A stretch of DNA of 64,000 nt, taken from contig CAWGYD010000008.1 in assembly GCA_963826785.1 (NCBI GenBank), positions 160,001-224,000 on the forward strand, in the 5' to 3' direction. Within the stretch, counting starts at the first letter, position 1; each line of letters opens with the position of its first letter. The notes beneath the pieces are model-generated. The model was not told the DNA's origin, searched no databases, and worked only from the letters and a program-made list of their open reading frames with translations. This DNA is from an uncultured delta proteobacterium (GTDB taxonomy: Bacteria > Desulfobacterota > Desulfobacteria > Desulfobacterales > Desulfosalsimonadaceae). Positions 43,634 through 53,035 of the stretch are shown here, piece after piece. Both the position numbers and the translations under genes were made by a program.

Positions 43634-44544
43634 AAACCCCGCTCATACTCGAAATCAAGGGAAACTCGCTGGATGATGGACCGGGCATCCGATCGGTGGT
43701 CTTTTTCAAGGGATGTCCCCTCTCCTGCGTCTGGTGCCACAACCCGGAAAGCAAGAAAACGGATGCGGAGATCGGGTTTGAGGAGAAAGAATGCGTGGGG
43801 TGCAATACCTGTATGGAAACCTGTACGGAAAAGGCGCTTTCCCGAAATAACCCTTACTTCGTGGACCGCAGCCGCTGCAGCCTGTGTTTTGCCTGCACGG
43901 ACGCCTGCCCCTCCGGCGCATTGAGCCGCATCGGAAAATCCATGGGCGTCGATGAGATTGCGGCTCAAATCATCCGGGACAAGCCATTCTTCGATACCTC
44001 CGGCGGCGGGGTCACCTTTTCCGGAGGGGAACCCACGCTGTTCATGGAGTTTGCCGGGGAACTGGCCAAAACCCTCAGGCAAAGCCATGTCCGTGTCCTG
44101 CTGGAAACCTGCGGCCTTTTTGATTTCAGCAAATTCAAAGACTATCTTTATCCCTATCTGGATGAGATATACATCGACATCAAGCTGATGGATGACGCGC
44201 TTCACCGGCAGCACTGCGGTGCGGGCAATGCGGTCATCATGGACAATTTCAGAAAAATTCATGCCTTGTCGCAAAACGGCGGCATCCCGGTCACGCCCCG
44301 CACCCCCCTGATTCCCGGGATCACTGACACGACGGAAAACATGTCCGCCATTGCCGAATTCCTGATATCCTGCGGCGCCAAACAGGCCCGGCTGCTTCCC
44401 TATCATCCCCTGTGGCAGGAAAAAAACCGGAAGATCGGCATCGGCAGGACAAAAAATCAAGACCCGGCCATGGACCGCTGGCTGGACAACCAGGTGCTGG
44501 AGCAATGCCGGGCTGTTTTCATGGAAGCCGGGATTAAACTGTAA
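43630..44544 (+). CDS. glycyl-radical enzyme activating protein with ferredoxin-like insertion
   Basis: DGPGIR, GCPLSCVWCHNPES, two CxxCxxCxxxC motifs, SGGEP and LPYH. Confidence 0.95.
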   Translation: MKTPLILEIKGNSLDDGPGIRSVVFFKGCPLSCVWCHNPESKKTDAEIGFEEKECVGCNTCMETCTEKALSRNNPYFVDRSRCSLCFACTDACPSGALSRIGKSMGVDEIAAQIIRDKPFFDTSGGGVTFSGGEPTLFMEFAGELAKTLRQSHVRVLLETCGLFDFSKFKDYLYPYLDEIYIDIKLMDDALHRQHCGAGNAVIMDNFRKIHALSQNGGIPVTPRTPLIPGITDTTENMSAIAEFLISCGAKQARLLPYHPLWQEKNRKIGIGRTKNQDPAMDRWLDNQVLEQCRAVFMEAGIKL

Positions 44545-44549
44545 GGGAG

Positions 44550-44779
44550 AACACCCCCCTGCGCCCCCCTCAAGGGGGGATTACAATTTCCCATCTCGAG
44601 GGAGGATTAAAGCTACGATTTCCCCTCAAGGGAGGATTAAAGCTGCAATTTCCCCTCTCAAGGGGGGATTAAGCTACAATTCCCCTCTGAATTGGGGGGT
44701 TATGGTACTTACGCAATTCCCACCTCAAATGGGGGCGCACACAAACAATTCCCCCCTTGAGGGGGGTCAGGGGGGTGTT
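44550..44779. repeat. REP/MITE-like palindrome cluster, family B
   Basis: Terminal inverted repeats AACACCCCCCTG/CAGGGGGGTGTT enclosing about seven degenerate CCCCTC.AGGG.GG hairpins. Confidence 0.85.
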
Positions 44780-44844
44780 TGGACACAGAAAAAAAAACAT
44801 TCTTCCATTTTTTTAGAATCATCAACCATCAACGGAGGTGATTT

Positions 44845-47800
44845 ATGCTGCTCAAAACCGATCCCGCAACAAGTGTGACGAACGGCTCCCAAAGCAAGAC
44901 CCTGACCCATCTTTTGACCAAAACCCTGCTGCGGACCATGGCGGCCACCTTCAACCTCCGGCCCGGACTGAAGAAATACCTGAAAACCGATGCCGGCTGG
45001 TTCGACTTCACCGTGGGCATCCGCACGGAGAGCCGCTCGGTGGAGACGGCCATCCGGTTTCGCGGCGGCAAGGTCGGCATCCTTAAAGAACATCCCCGAT
45101 GACTGCGAGGTCTGCCTGATCTTTTCGTCGGACGGCGCCATCCGCAAACTGCTCTCGGCCACCCCCACCGAGCAGATCTTCATGATCATGAGAAGCGAGT
45201 TCCGGACGGTGGGGAACCAGTCCTATATGAACCTGTTTTTCTATTTCCTGTCGCTGCTGCTGCACAAGAAGCAGAAGAAGCTGATGCTAAAAGAGCGCGA
45301 CACGGATCAGAAAAACCTGTTGAAGGCATCGCCGAGCGCCCGGTCCGACCTGAGCAACGAACTCAAGCAGCGAAGCGCCTACCGCATGCAGGCGGAAAGC
45401 ATCGACCCGGGAGTCAGGTTCCTTCAAGACCCGTATCTTTCCGCCTATGCCATCGACGATTTCCCCAGGATCAAGGATTTCCTGGAGATCCATTTCACGG
45501 CCCGGGCCGAAGTCTGCCCGGAGCGGCCGAAGCTGATCACCGAATGGTACAAGAAAAACGGGTTTGAAAAAGACAGCCGCGGCAATGACTGGATTCCCGA
45601 ACTGCGCCAGGGGCATGCCTTCAAGTACCTGATGGAAAACCGCAAACCCATCATCGGGAAGAATGACCTCATCGCGGGCACCACCACCGCAAAGGATATC
45701 GGGGTGGTGGTATACCCGGACAGCCACGGCACCATGATCTGGAACGAACTGCTCACCGTCCCCCACCGGACCTTGAACCCCTATGATCTTTCCGAGGAAA
45801 CCGCCGATTTGCTCCACCGGGAGGTGTTTCCCTTCTTTATCCGCCGCAATTTCAAGGAATGGGTCCGGGACAACTATGATGCCCCGCTCTGCCAGGCCAT
45901 CGACGAACGGTTTGCCGTCTACTTCATCTGGAAGCAGGCGGCCCTGTCCCACACCATTCCCGATTTCCCCAAGATCATGGCCAAAGGTGCATCCGGCATC
46001 ATCGAAGAAATCAAGGGCCATTTGGCCAGACCGGGCCTGGATCCGAAGCAAAAGGCCACCCTGGAAGCCATGGTGCTCTGCCTGGAAGGGCTGATCGCCT
46101 ATGGTCGAAAAACCTGGCCGGGCAGGCGAAAGCCGATGCGGCAAAAGAAACAGACCCCGTGCGCCGGAAAGAACTGGAGCATCTGGCAAAAATCTGCGCG
46201 CAGGTGCCCGAGCACCCGGCCCGCACCCTGGACGAGGCGGTCAACGCCATGTGGATCACCTGGGTGGGGCTGCACATGGAAAACACCAATGCGGGGCTTT
46301 CCCTGGGCCGGCTGGACCAGTGGCTGCAGCCCTATTTCGCCGCGGACATGGAAAAAATCGACGATCCGGGCGAGCGCCAGGCCTTTATCAAGCATGCCAT
46401 TGAAATGGTGGCCTGCTTTTACATGCGCTGCACCGACCACCTGCCGCTGACCCCGGACCTGGCCAACTGGTACTTCGGGGGAAGCTCCTCGGACCAGGCC
46501 ATCACCCTGGGCGGGATCACCCCGGAAGGAAACGACGCGGTCTGCGATATGACCTACATCTTTTTGAAGGTCACGGAGATGCTCTCCATCCGGGACCCCA
46601 ACGTCAATGCCCGCTTCCATCCGGGGATCAACAGCGATGCCTACCTCAAACGCCTGTGCGAGGTCAATCTCATCACCGCGGCCACCCCTTCCCTGCACAA
46701 CGACAAGGCAATCATGGCATCGCTTGCAGAATTCAATTACGCCCCCGAGGACCTGCGCAACTGGTCGGCGACGGGGTGCGTGGAGCCCACCCTGTCAGGC
46801 CGGCACATCGGACATACCAATTTCCAGATGATGAACATGGTGGCGGCCGTGGAAATGGCGCTGCACAACGGCTATCATCCGCCCATGAACTGGAAGCTGG
46901 GGCCGGACACCGGCGAGATCGCAGATTTTGCCACATTCGATGATTTCTTCACCGCTTTTACCGAACAGTTCAAGTTCCTCATCGACCACTCCATCGCATA
47001 CAACAACATGCTGGGCCTTGCCCACCAGTACATCCGGCCCACACCGCTCCTCTCGTCGCTGATCGAGGATTGCATCTCCAAAGGCGCGGACGTGACGCAC
47101 GGCGGCGCACGGTACAACAGCTCCGGGGCGGCCTGCATCGGGCTCGCCGATGTGACCGACTCCATGATGGTGATCAAGAAATTGATTTATGATGAGAAGA
47201 AGATCGATTTTACCCGGCTGAAAAAAGCGGTGGACGAAAATTTCGAAAGCGACCCGGCACTGCATGCCATGGTGACCAAAAAAGTGCCGCTGTTCGGATC
47301 GGGAAGCGAAGAGGCCGTGGCCATGGCCGACCGGATCACCAAATTCGCCCACGACTATTACGGCAGCCACGTAAACTACCGGGGCGGGCCGTACACGGTG
47401 GGGTTCTGGTCCATGTCCAACCACGTCATCTATGGGACCTTGAGCTCCGCCCTCCCCTCGGGCAAGCTCTACGGGAAACCCTTCACCCCCGGACTCACCC
47501 CGGAGCCCCACGCATCGAGCAGCCTGCTGGACAATATCCGGGATGTGGCCCGGCTCAACCCCCAATACATCAACAACAACATCGCCTTTAACGTCAAGGT
47601 GGTCCCCGGCGGCGCCGACACCCGTGAAAACGTCATCGCCCGGATGTTCTCCTACACGAAGACCTTTTTCGACCTGGGGGGCATGCAGATGCAGATGAAC
47701 GTGGTCACCTCCGAGACGTTAAAAGACGCCATGGCCCACCCGGAAAACTACCGCAACCTCCTGGTGCGCATCTCCGGATACAACGCCTATTTCGTGACCT

Positions 47801-47853
47801 TAAACCGCGATCTGCAGATGGAGCTGATCGAGCGGGCGGAATACGGGTTGTAA
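44845..47853 (+). CDS. glycyl radical enzyme (PFL2/dehydratase-like) with N-terminal extension; two apparent frameshifts
   Basis: GGAGG RBS; SLGRLDQ, TLGG, Cys loop SATGCVEP, IGLADVTDS and Gly-radical motif LLVRISGYNAYF. Frame changes near 45086 and 46109. Confidence 0.92.
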
Positions 47854-47866
47854 AAGGGGGGAAAAA

Positions 47867-49087
47867 ATGGCCACGCTCGAATGCAACCGCAGGCACTTTC
47901 TGAAACTGACCGGCGCGGCGGCCGCCGCGGCGTTATTGCCGGCCTGCAGCCACAGCATGAAGCGGCTGGAGGGCGAGGCAAACGCCATGCCGTTGATCGA
48001 TGCCCCGCATGCAAGGGCCTCCGGGGCCTGGATCGCCAAAGATGCGGGGGATGCCGAGTCCTATCCGCTCTTCAAGCAGGCCCTCGAGGCGGCAACCGAT
48101 TTTTCCTGGCTCTCTCCGGGCGACCCGGTTTTTGTCAAGATCGCCATCAACTCGGCAAACCCCTATCCGGCCACCACCGACCCCTGGGCGCTTTCCTCCA
48201 CCATCCGGCTTCTTAAGGAAAAAGGGGCCGGCAAGATCATCGTCGGCGACTCCAGCGGGGTCGAATCGGTGCACTGGACCCGGGATAAACAGCGGGGATC
48301 ATCACGCGAGAACTGCGAAAAGGCCGGGCTCCTCAAGGTGATCAACGAAAACGGAGCCGAGGCGGTCTTCTTCGAGGAGGCGGGGTATGATGCCTTCATC
48401 CCCGTCTTGCCCCGGGGCGCCCACCACTGGAAAGAACCGCTCTGGATAACCAGGGCCGTGGCATCGGCCGCGCACATCGTCTACCTCCCCCGGGTCAGCT
48501 CCCATGTGATGGGCGACATCACTTCGGGGATGAAGATCGGCGTCGGGTTTTTGCGGGAAGACAGCCGGCGAATGTTTCATTCCGGCGGGGACGATTTTTA
48601 TGCCATGTACGAGGAGATCAACCACGTCCCGGAAATCGCGGACCGGCTCCGCCTCACCGTTTCCTCGGGGCGGAAAGTGCTGGCCACCTTCGGCCCGGAC
48701 GACGGGCATGTCACCGCCCCCGCGTTCGCCCCGGTGATCGCCTCCGAAGACCTGCTGTCCCATGAAATGGCCGCCTATGCCTGGCTGTGCTACAACCGCG
48801 AGTTTGAAACCTCCTTTTTCGACGCCGGGTTCACCGGCGGCCTGACCAAACGGCGCTCGTTCATCAACCGGGGGTTTGTCTGGTACATCTGGGACGAGGG
48901 CAGTTTCTTCGGCACCCCGGGGATTCCCCTTTATATCGCGGGAAACCTCTACGCCCACCCCTCGATTTTAAACGCGGCAAAGCGTCTGGGCGGCCGGCCT
49001 TCCCGAATCGATTTCGAATCGGTAAACGCCCCGGCAAAAGCATCAGAAATGGCCGCCTACATGCAGCGGCGGATAACGCAGGGTTAA
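47867..49087 (+). CDS. Tat-exported DUF362-like protein, possible lipoprotein
   Basis: NRRHFLK Tat motif, LPAC lipobox-like motif, VFVKIAIN, TTDP and SSHVMG. Confidence 0.8.
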   Translation: MATLECNRRHFLKLTGAAAAAALLPACSHSMKRLEGEANAMPLIDAPHARASGAWIAKDAGDAESYPLFKQALEAATDFSWLSPGDPVFVKIAINSANPYPATTDPWALSSTIRLLKEKGAGKIIVGDSSGVESVHWTRDKQRGSSRENCEKAGLLKVINENGAEAVFFEEAGYDAFIPVLPRGAHHWKEPLWITRAVASAAHIVYLPRVSSHVMGDITSGMKIGVGFLREDSRRMFHSGGDDFYAMYEEINHVPEIADRLRLTVSSGRKVLATFGPDDGHVTAPAFAPVIASEDLLSHEMAAYAWLCYNREFETSFFDAGFTGGLTKRRSFINRGFVWYIWDEGSFFGTPGIPLYIAGNLYAHPSILNAAKRLGGRPSRIDFESVNAPAKASEMAAYMQRRITQG

Positions 49088-49105
49088 AGTCGGAATCACC
49101 GCTTC

Positions 49106-49229
49106 AAGTCCCCCTTTTCAAAGCCACGCTCTTTGTAAGCCTGCCTCGGGTATCTGAAAATCGCGACAATCGCTTTAAAGTCCCCCTTTTTTTCAAAGGG
49201 GGATTTAGGGGGATTTAAAATGGTAATTA
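49106..49229. repeat. REP-like family A copies (partial at 49106; copy at 49177 interrupted by the IS)
   Basis: AAGTCCCCCTTTTCAAAG and AAAGTCCCCCTTTTTTTCAAAGGGGGATTTAGGGGGATTT; the matching AAATCCC arm resumes after the IS at 51124. Confidence 0.78.
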
Positions 49230-51117
49230 GTGTTTGAACGAAAACAATTTTAATCAATAAAAAGCGATGGCTATATATTTAGTATGGTATCAAGAATTTT
49301 AAAAAAATTGTCACTTATTCGATTTTTTCACTTGATTTTTATCTTGTACTAATTGTATAATATCCTGAATTTTTTATTTAAAATCTTATAATCCGGAATC
49401 CGGTGAAACGCTTCCAATCAAAAATCTTCAGGAAAAAATATGCGAAGAGTTATCGACCCCCAAATGAAAATCGGTGAAAAAGCAATCGCCAGCATCAAAT
49501 TTGATCTCCGCTGCCGGGACGAAATCCCCAAACTGCTTCGCGGGTTGCAGGCCATATACTGCAACCGGGAACTGCGCGAAAAGGTCTTCGCCGTTCTCAC
49601 TGAGATCATCCCGGATCATATCGATCCCAACAATGGCCGCAAGGGCATGGATCTGTGGAAAATATTCGTCCTGGGCACCCTGCGGCTCAACTGCGACTGG
49701 GATCATGATAAACTCCATGACATCGCCAATAATCACAAAACACTCCGGCAGATGCTCGGCCATGGCACAATGGATGCCGATTATCAGTATTCACTGCAAA
49801 CCCTCAAGGAGAATATCTCCTTGTTTACACCGGAGGTGTTGGACAAAATCAATCAGCTCGTTGTCCAGTACGGTCATCAGTTGGCCGGTAAAAAAAAAGA
49901 TCGAAAATTGGCCGGAAGCTGTGATTCTTTCGTCGTTGAAACCGATGTTCATTATCCAACTGATATTAATCTACTTTTTGATGCCATGCGAAAAATGATC
50001 ACGCTGATCATGCGTATCTGCGAACATATGGAGATTACTGATTGGCGCCAGGGCGAACACCATATTCGTAAAGCAAAAAAATTGTATCGAAAAGCCCAAC
50101 GGTTAAAACACTCCTCATCAAAAGATAAGACCAAAAAGGCCGAAAGGGCACAACTGATCATTGATGCTCACAATGAGTACATCAATCTGGCCCGCTTTTA
50201 TGTTGATAAAATTAGGCAATCGTTCACTTTATTGCTGACATCCAATATCCTCACCCAAATGAAAATAGCTGAAGTAAAAGATTATATGGTTCATGCCGAA
50301 AGGCAGATCGATCAGATCTGCAGAAGAGTTGTTCAAGGCGAAACGATCCCCCATCACGAAAAGGTGTTCTCACTCTTTGAGCAACACACCGAATGGATCA
50401 GCAAAGGCAAAGCCGGTGTTCCGGTGGAACTCGGTTTAAAGGTTTGCATTGTCAAAGATCAATACAATTTCATTTTGCATCATCATGTGATGCAAAATGA
50501 AACCGACGACAAAATCGTCGTTTCCATTATCAAAGAAACGCAGCGCAGATTTGCCGATTTTAAAAATTGCAGTTTCGACAAAGGTTTTCATAGCCCAAAC
50601 AATCAGAAAGAATTGGCAATTCTGCTGGACAGAGCCGTGCTTCCCAGAAAGGGGAGGCTTTCGGCTATTAATAAAGAAATCGAGAACTCCGAAGAATTTA
50701 AAAAAGCGAAAAGAAAGCATTCGGCAGTTGAATCCTCGATCAATGCACTGGGCAATCACGGACTGGACAGGTGCCGGGACCATGGCATTGAAGGTTTCAA
50801 ACGCTATGTCGCCTTGGCCGTTGTAGCACGCAATATTCAGCTCATCGGTCATATGTTACAACAAAAAGAAGTCACTCGGTTGCGCCGCCAGGAAAAGAGA
50901 GAACGAAAAGCAGCTTAAACAAGCGATATTTGAGGCACCGGCAGGATACCTGCGTTCAAAAATAAGAAATGGGCCGAAAATCATAGCTTTTTGCGATATT
51001 GAAAATAGTTTTGACCAATGCCGCTTGGATCTCATGCTGAATTTCCCCTAGCCGGCACAAAAATCCGGCGAAATTTTCTGCCGGAAAAATTAAAAATCCG
51101 GGTTTTCGTTCGGGCAC
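49230..51117 (+). mobile_element. complete insertion sequence (ISNCY/ISDol1-like)
   Basis: IRL GTGTTTGAACGAAAAC and IRR (reverse complement) GTGCCCGAACGAAAAC match at 13/16; direct repeat TAATTA at 49224-49229 and 51118-51123. Confidence 0.9.
49440..50918 (+). CDS. DDE transposase
   Basis: DSFVVETDVHYPTD, KGKAGVPVELG, SFDKGF and HSAVES.IN motifs. Confidence 0.93.
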   Translation: MRRVIDPQMKIGEKAIASIKFDLRCRDEIPKLLRGLQAIYCNRELREKVFAVLTEIIPDHIDPNNGRKGMDLWKIFVLGTLRLNCDWDHDKLHDIANNHKTLRQMLGHGTMDADYQYSLQTLKENISLFTPEVLDKINQLVVQYGHQLAGKKKDRKLAGSCDSFVVETDVHYPTDINLLFDAMRKMITLIMRICEHMEITDWRQGEHHIRKAKKLYRKAQRLKHSSSKDKTKKAERAQLIIDAHNEYINLARFYVDKIRQSFTLLLTSNILTQMKIAEVKDYMVHAERQIDQICRRVVQGETIPHHEKVFSLFEQHTEWISKGKAGVPVELGLKVCIVKDQYNFILHHHVMQNETDDKIVVSIIKETQRRFADFKNCSFDKGFHSPNNQKELAILLDRAVLPRKGRLSAINKEIENSEEFKKAKRKHSAVESSINALGNHGLDRCRDHGIEGFKRYVALAVVARNIQLIGHMLQQKEVTRLRRQEKRERKAA

Positions 51118-51136
51118 TAATTAAAATCCCTGATGT

Positions 51137-51754
51137 TTATCCGCCCATACGAATAAGCCCCACATATTTCCCCACGATCCTGACCTTCTTCCGCCCCCCG
51201 CCCTTCAATATGATCGGCGGGTAATCCTTGTTCGCCGAGTGCAGTTCAAGGACGCCCTTTTTCCGGCGGATTATTTTCAGCGTCGCCTCGGGCAGCATTT
51301 CATCCACAATGACTGCAGCAATGGCGCCGTTATCCACATCATCACGCGGTGCGATCACCGCCAGATCGCCCTCCTGGATATGCGCTTCGATCATGGAATC
51401 GCCAACCACCCGCACGGCAAAACAGGCCTCGTGGCCGTACAAAGCGGGATCAATGGGAAGATAAGCTTCAACATGATCAAAGACGCCGATGGGCGTTCCC
51501 GCTGCGATGCGCCCGGCCAGGGGAATGCATTTCGACTCCACAGCAACGGCTGTCGGCCGCCATGACCGTTTTTTACCGCGAATAGATTCAATAAACCCCT
51601 TCTCAATCAACACATGCAAGATCCGGTGCACCCCCGCGGGCCCCTTGAGCTCAAAATGCTCGCAGATCTCCCGCACGGTCGGGGCCATGCCGGTTTCCTG
51701 GTGGTGATGGAGAATGTATTCATATACACTCAACTGTCTGTCGGTTAATTTCAT
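51137..51754 (-). CDS. lexA: LexA repressor (205 aa)
   Basis: MKLTDRQ...PTVREI winged HTH, IAAG cleavage site, GDSM catalytic Ser and ATLK catalytic Lys. Confidence 0.93.
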   Translation of the reverse strand: MKLTDRQLSVYEYILHHHQETGMAPTVREICEHFELKGPAGVHRILHVLIEKGFIESIRGKKRSWRPTAVAVESKCIPLAGRIAAGTPIGVFDHVEAYLPIDPALYGHEACFAVRVVGDSMIEAHIQEGDLAVIAPRDDVDNGAIAAVIVDEMLPEATLKIIRRKKGVLELHSANKDYPPIILKGGGRKKVRIVGKYVGLIRMGG

Positions 51755-52203
51755 GAGATGCCTTTTACTCTCAGGCGCACACATTCCATGACCCGCAGCC
51801 CGGCCCCATACATGAGCTGCCCCATCAGCCAGCTCCTGCCGTCGAGTTGATTTAGAATTTCCCGGACTTCCGGTTTTGAATATACGACCGGCAGCCTTCT
51901 GGGCTTTTTCGCGCGGACCACGTCCTCTATCAGATTAAATTCCTGCTTCAACACTTCCCGGTACAAAAACAGCAGTGCATTGAAAGCCTGATTTTGCGTT
52001 GAGGCGGCAACTTTTCGATTTACCGCCAAATCAGTCAGAAATTGACTGATTTCCTTTTCGCCCATTTCTTTTGGGTGACGTTTATCATGATACAGAATAT
52101 ACCGCCTTATCCATCCGACATAGGTTTCCTCTGTTCTGATACTGTAGTGCTTCAAGCGAATGCGATTGCGTACCTGATCCAGAAGTTTTGGCGAATTTGA
52201 CAT
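51751..52203 (-). pseudogene. intI: integron integrase, C-terminally truncated (150 aa)
   Basis: KLLDQVR..IRLKHYS.RTE..Y, RHP.EMG, VAASTQNQA.NALLFLY, RLPVV and LMYGAGLR.MEC.RLRVK, then a stop. No HxxR or catalytic Tyr region. GAGG RBS. Confidence 0.92.
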
Positions 52204-52261
52204 AAAATACCTCTTTTGATGGATAAGTATAAGTGATATGATCAAACCAAAAATCAAAAAG

Positions 52262-52275
52262 TGAACATTTGTTCA
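52262..52275. promoter_or_regulatory. putative LexA (SOS) box
   Basis: TGAAC-ATTT-GTTCA palindrome (GAAC-N4-GTTC type), about 60 bp upstream of the intI ATG. Confidence 0.65.
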
Positions 52276-52285
52276 TATGGCTTAT

Positions 52286-52315
52286 AAGGTATCATATTGA
52301 AAAATGTGATATCAA
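52286..52315 (-). promoter_or_regulatory. putative Pint promoter
   Basis: Minus-strand TTGATA-N18-TACCTT with a TGn extension, just upstream of the palindrome. Confidence 0.4.
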
Positions 52316-52404
52316 GAACTTTTTCTTCATATAACCACTCTGAGGGGTGATATTGACCCAATTCGCTCGATATGAAGATTTCGTAAGCAAATTGGCTGTA
52401 AAAT

Positions 52405-52439
52405 AAAACAGCGATTAGTACATATATTTCTTGTTAGGG
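52405..52439 (+). other. attI site (core GTTAGGG at 52433)
   Basis: GTTRRRY-like core upstream of the divergent intI; complementary to CCCTAAC at the end of cassette 1. Confidence 0.7.
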
Positions 52440-52443
52440 CTCA

Positions 52444-52833
52444 ACGTTAAAAGAATCAACGTGTCAGAAATGCAAAGCAGCTCTGTTCGAAGACAACGCC
52501 GAGATTCGTCAGCCTTGTCCTGTTTGTGACTGTATGACCCGCTCCTCTGTTGAATCGCTGCACGATACGATTGTGGCTCTTGACCATATGCGCATGAAAG
52601 GAAGGCACGCTGATAATAAACGCCCCTATTTTGATGCTCGTACTGGCGCCAGCTATTACCGCAAGGACGGTGAATGCCATCTTTACCGACTTATCGACCG
52701 TGATAATGATCGTTACGTCGAGACGATAAAGCGCCTGAGCACTGGAGAAATCATTTATCACGTAGATGAACCGCTTTCAAAACACATCGGCCACGGCAGC
52801 GCGAAATCCTTAAACGAGTCGGTGGAGCCCTAA
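52444..52833 (+). CDS. cassette 1: zinc-ribbon hypothetical protein
   Basis: Open frame upstream of ATG 52534 encodes CQKC...CPVC; C-terminal DEPLSKHIGHGSAK; the stop codon lies within attC. Confidence 0.65.
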   Translation, partial: TLKESTCQKCKAALFEDNAEIRQPCPVCDCMTRSSVESLHDTIVALDHMRMKGRHADNKRPYFDARTGASYYRKDGECHLYRLIDRDNDRYVETIKRLSTGEIIYHVDEPLSKHIGHGSAKSLNESVEP

Positions 52834-52955
52834 CCAGAAAGCTCAAGGGGCAGCCAGGGCAGTCGGGTTTTGAAAATTTGGGGGAAATTGAACATTAACC
52901 ATCTTTAAGACAAGTCAGTGGAAGCCCTGGCCCCCATTGGCTGCCGCCGTTAGCA
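52827..52955 (+). other. attC site 1
   Basis: GCCCTAAC ... GCCAGGGC/GCCCTGGC inverted arms ... GTTAGCA. Confidence 0.75.
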
Positions 52956-53035
52956 AAGGTCTTTTCGGGTGCGCCCACAATTTGGCGTGAAAAGCAAGTT
53001 CCTATTGATTTGTTGGACTTCAAAAATCGGAGTAA

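Noticed and set aside
44580..44750. CRISPR array
   Set aside because: The repeats are degenerate and the linkers are short and similar to each other, which fits a REP-like cluster.
44845..47853. Pyruvate formate-lyase or fumarate-adding enzyme
   Set aside because: There is no CC pair as in PflB and no small accessory subunit genes as in Bss/Ass; a specific name is not supportable.
51137..52203. Prophage integrase and CI repressor
   Set aside because: The integrase motifs are IntI-type, attC sites are adjacent, the repressor has a LexA N-terminus, and no phage genes are present.
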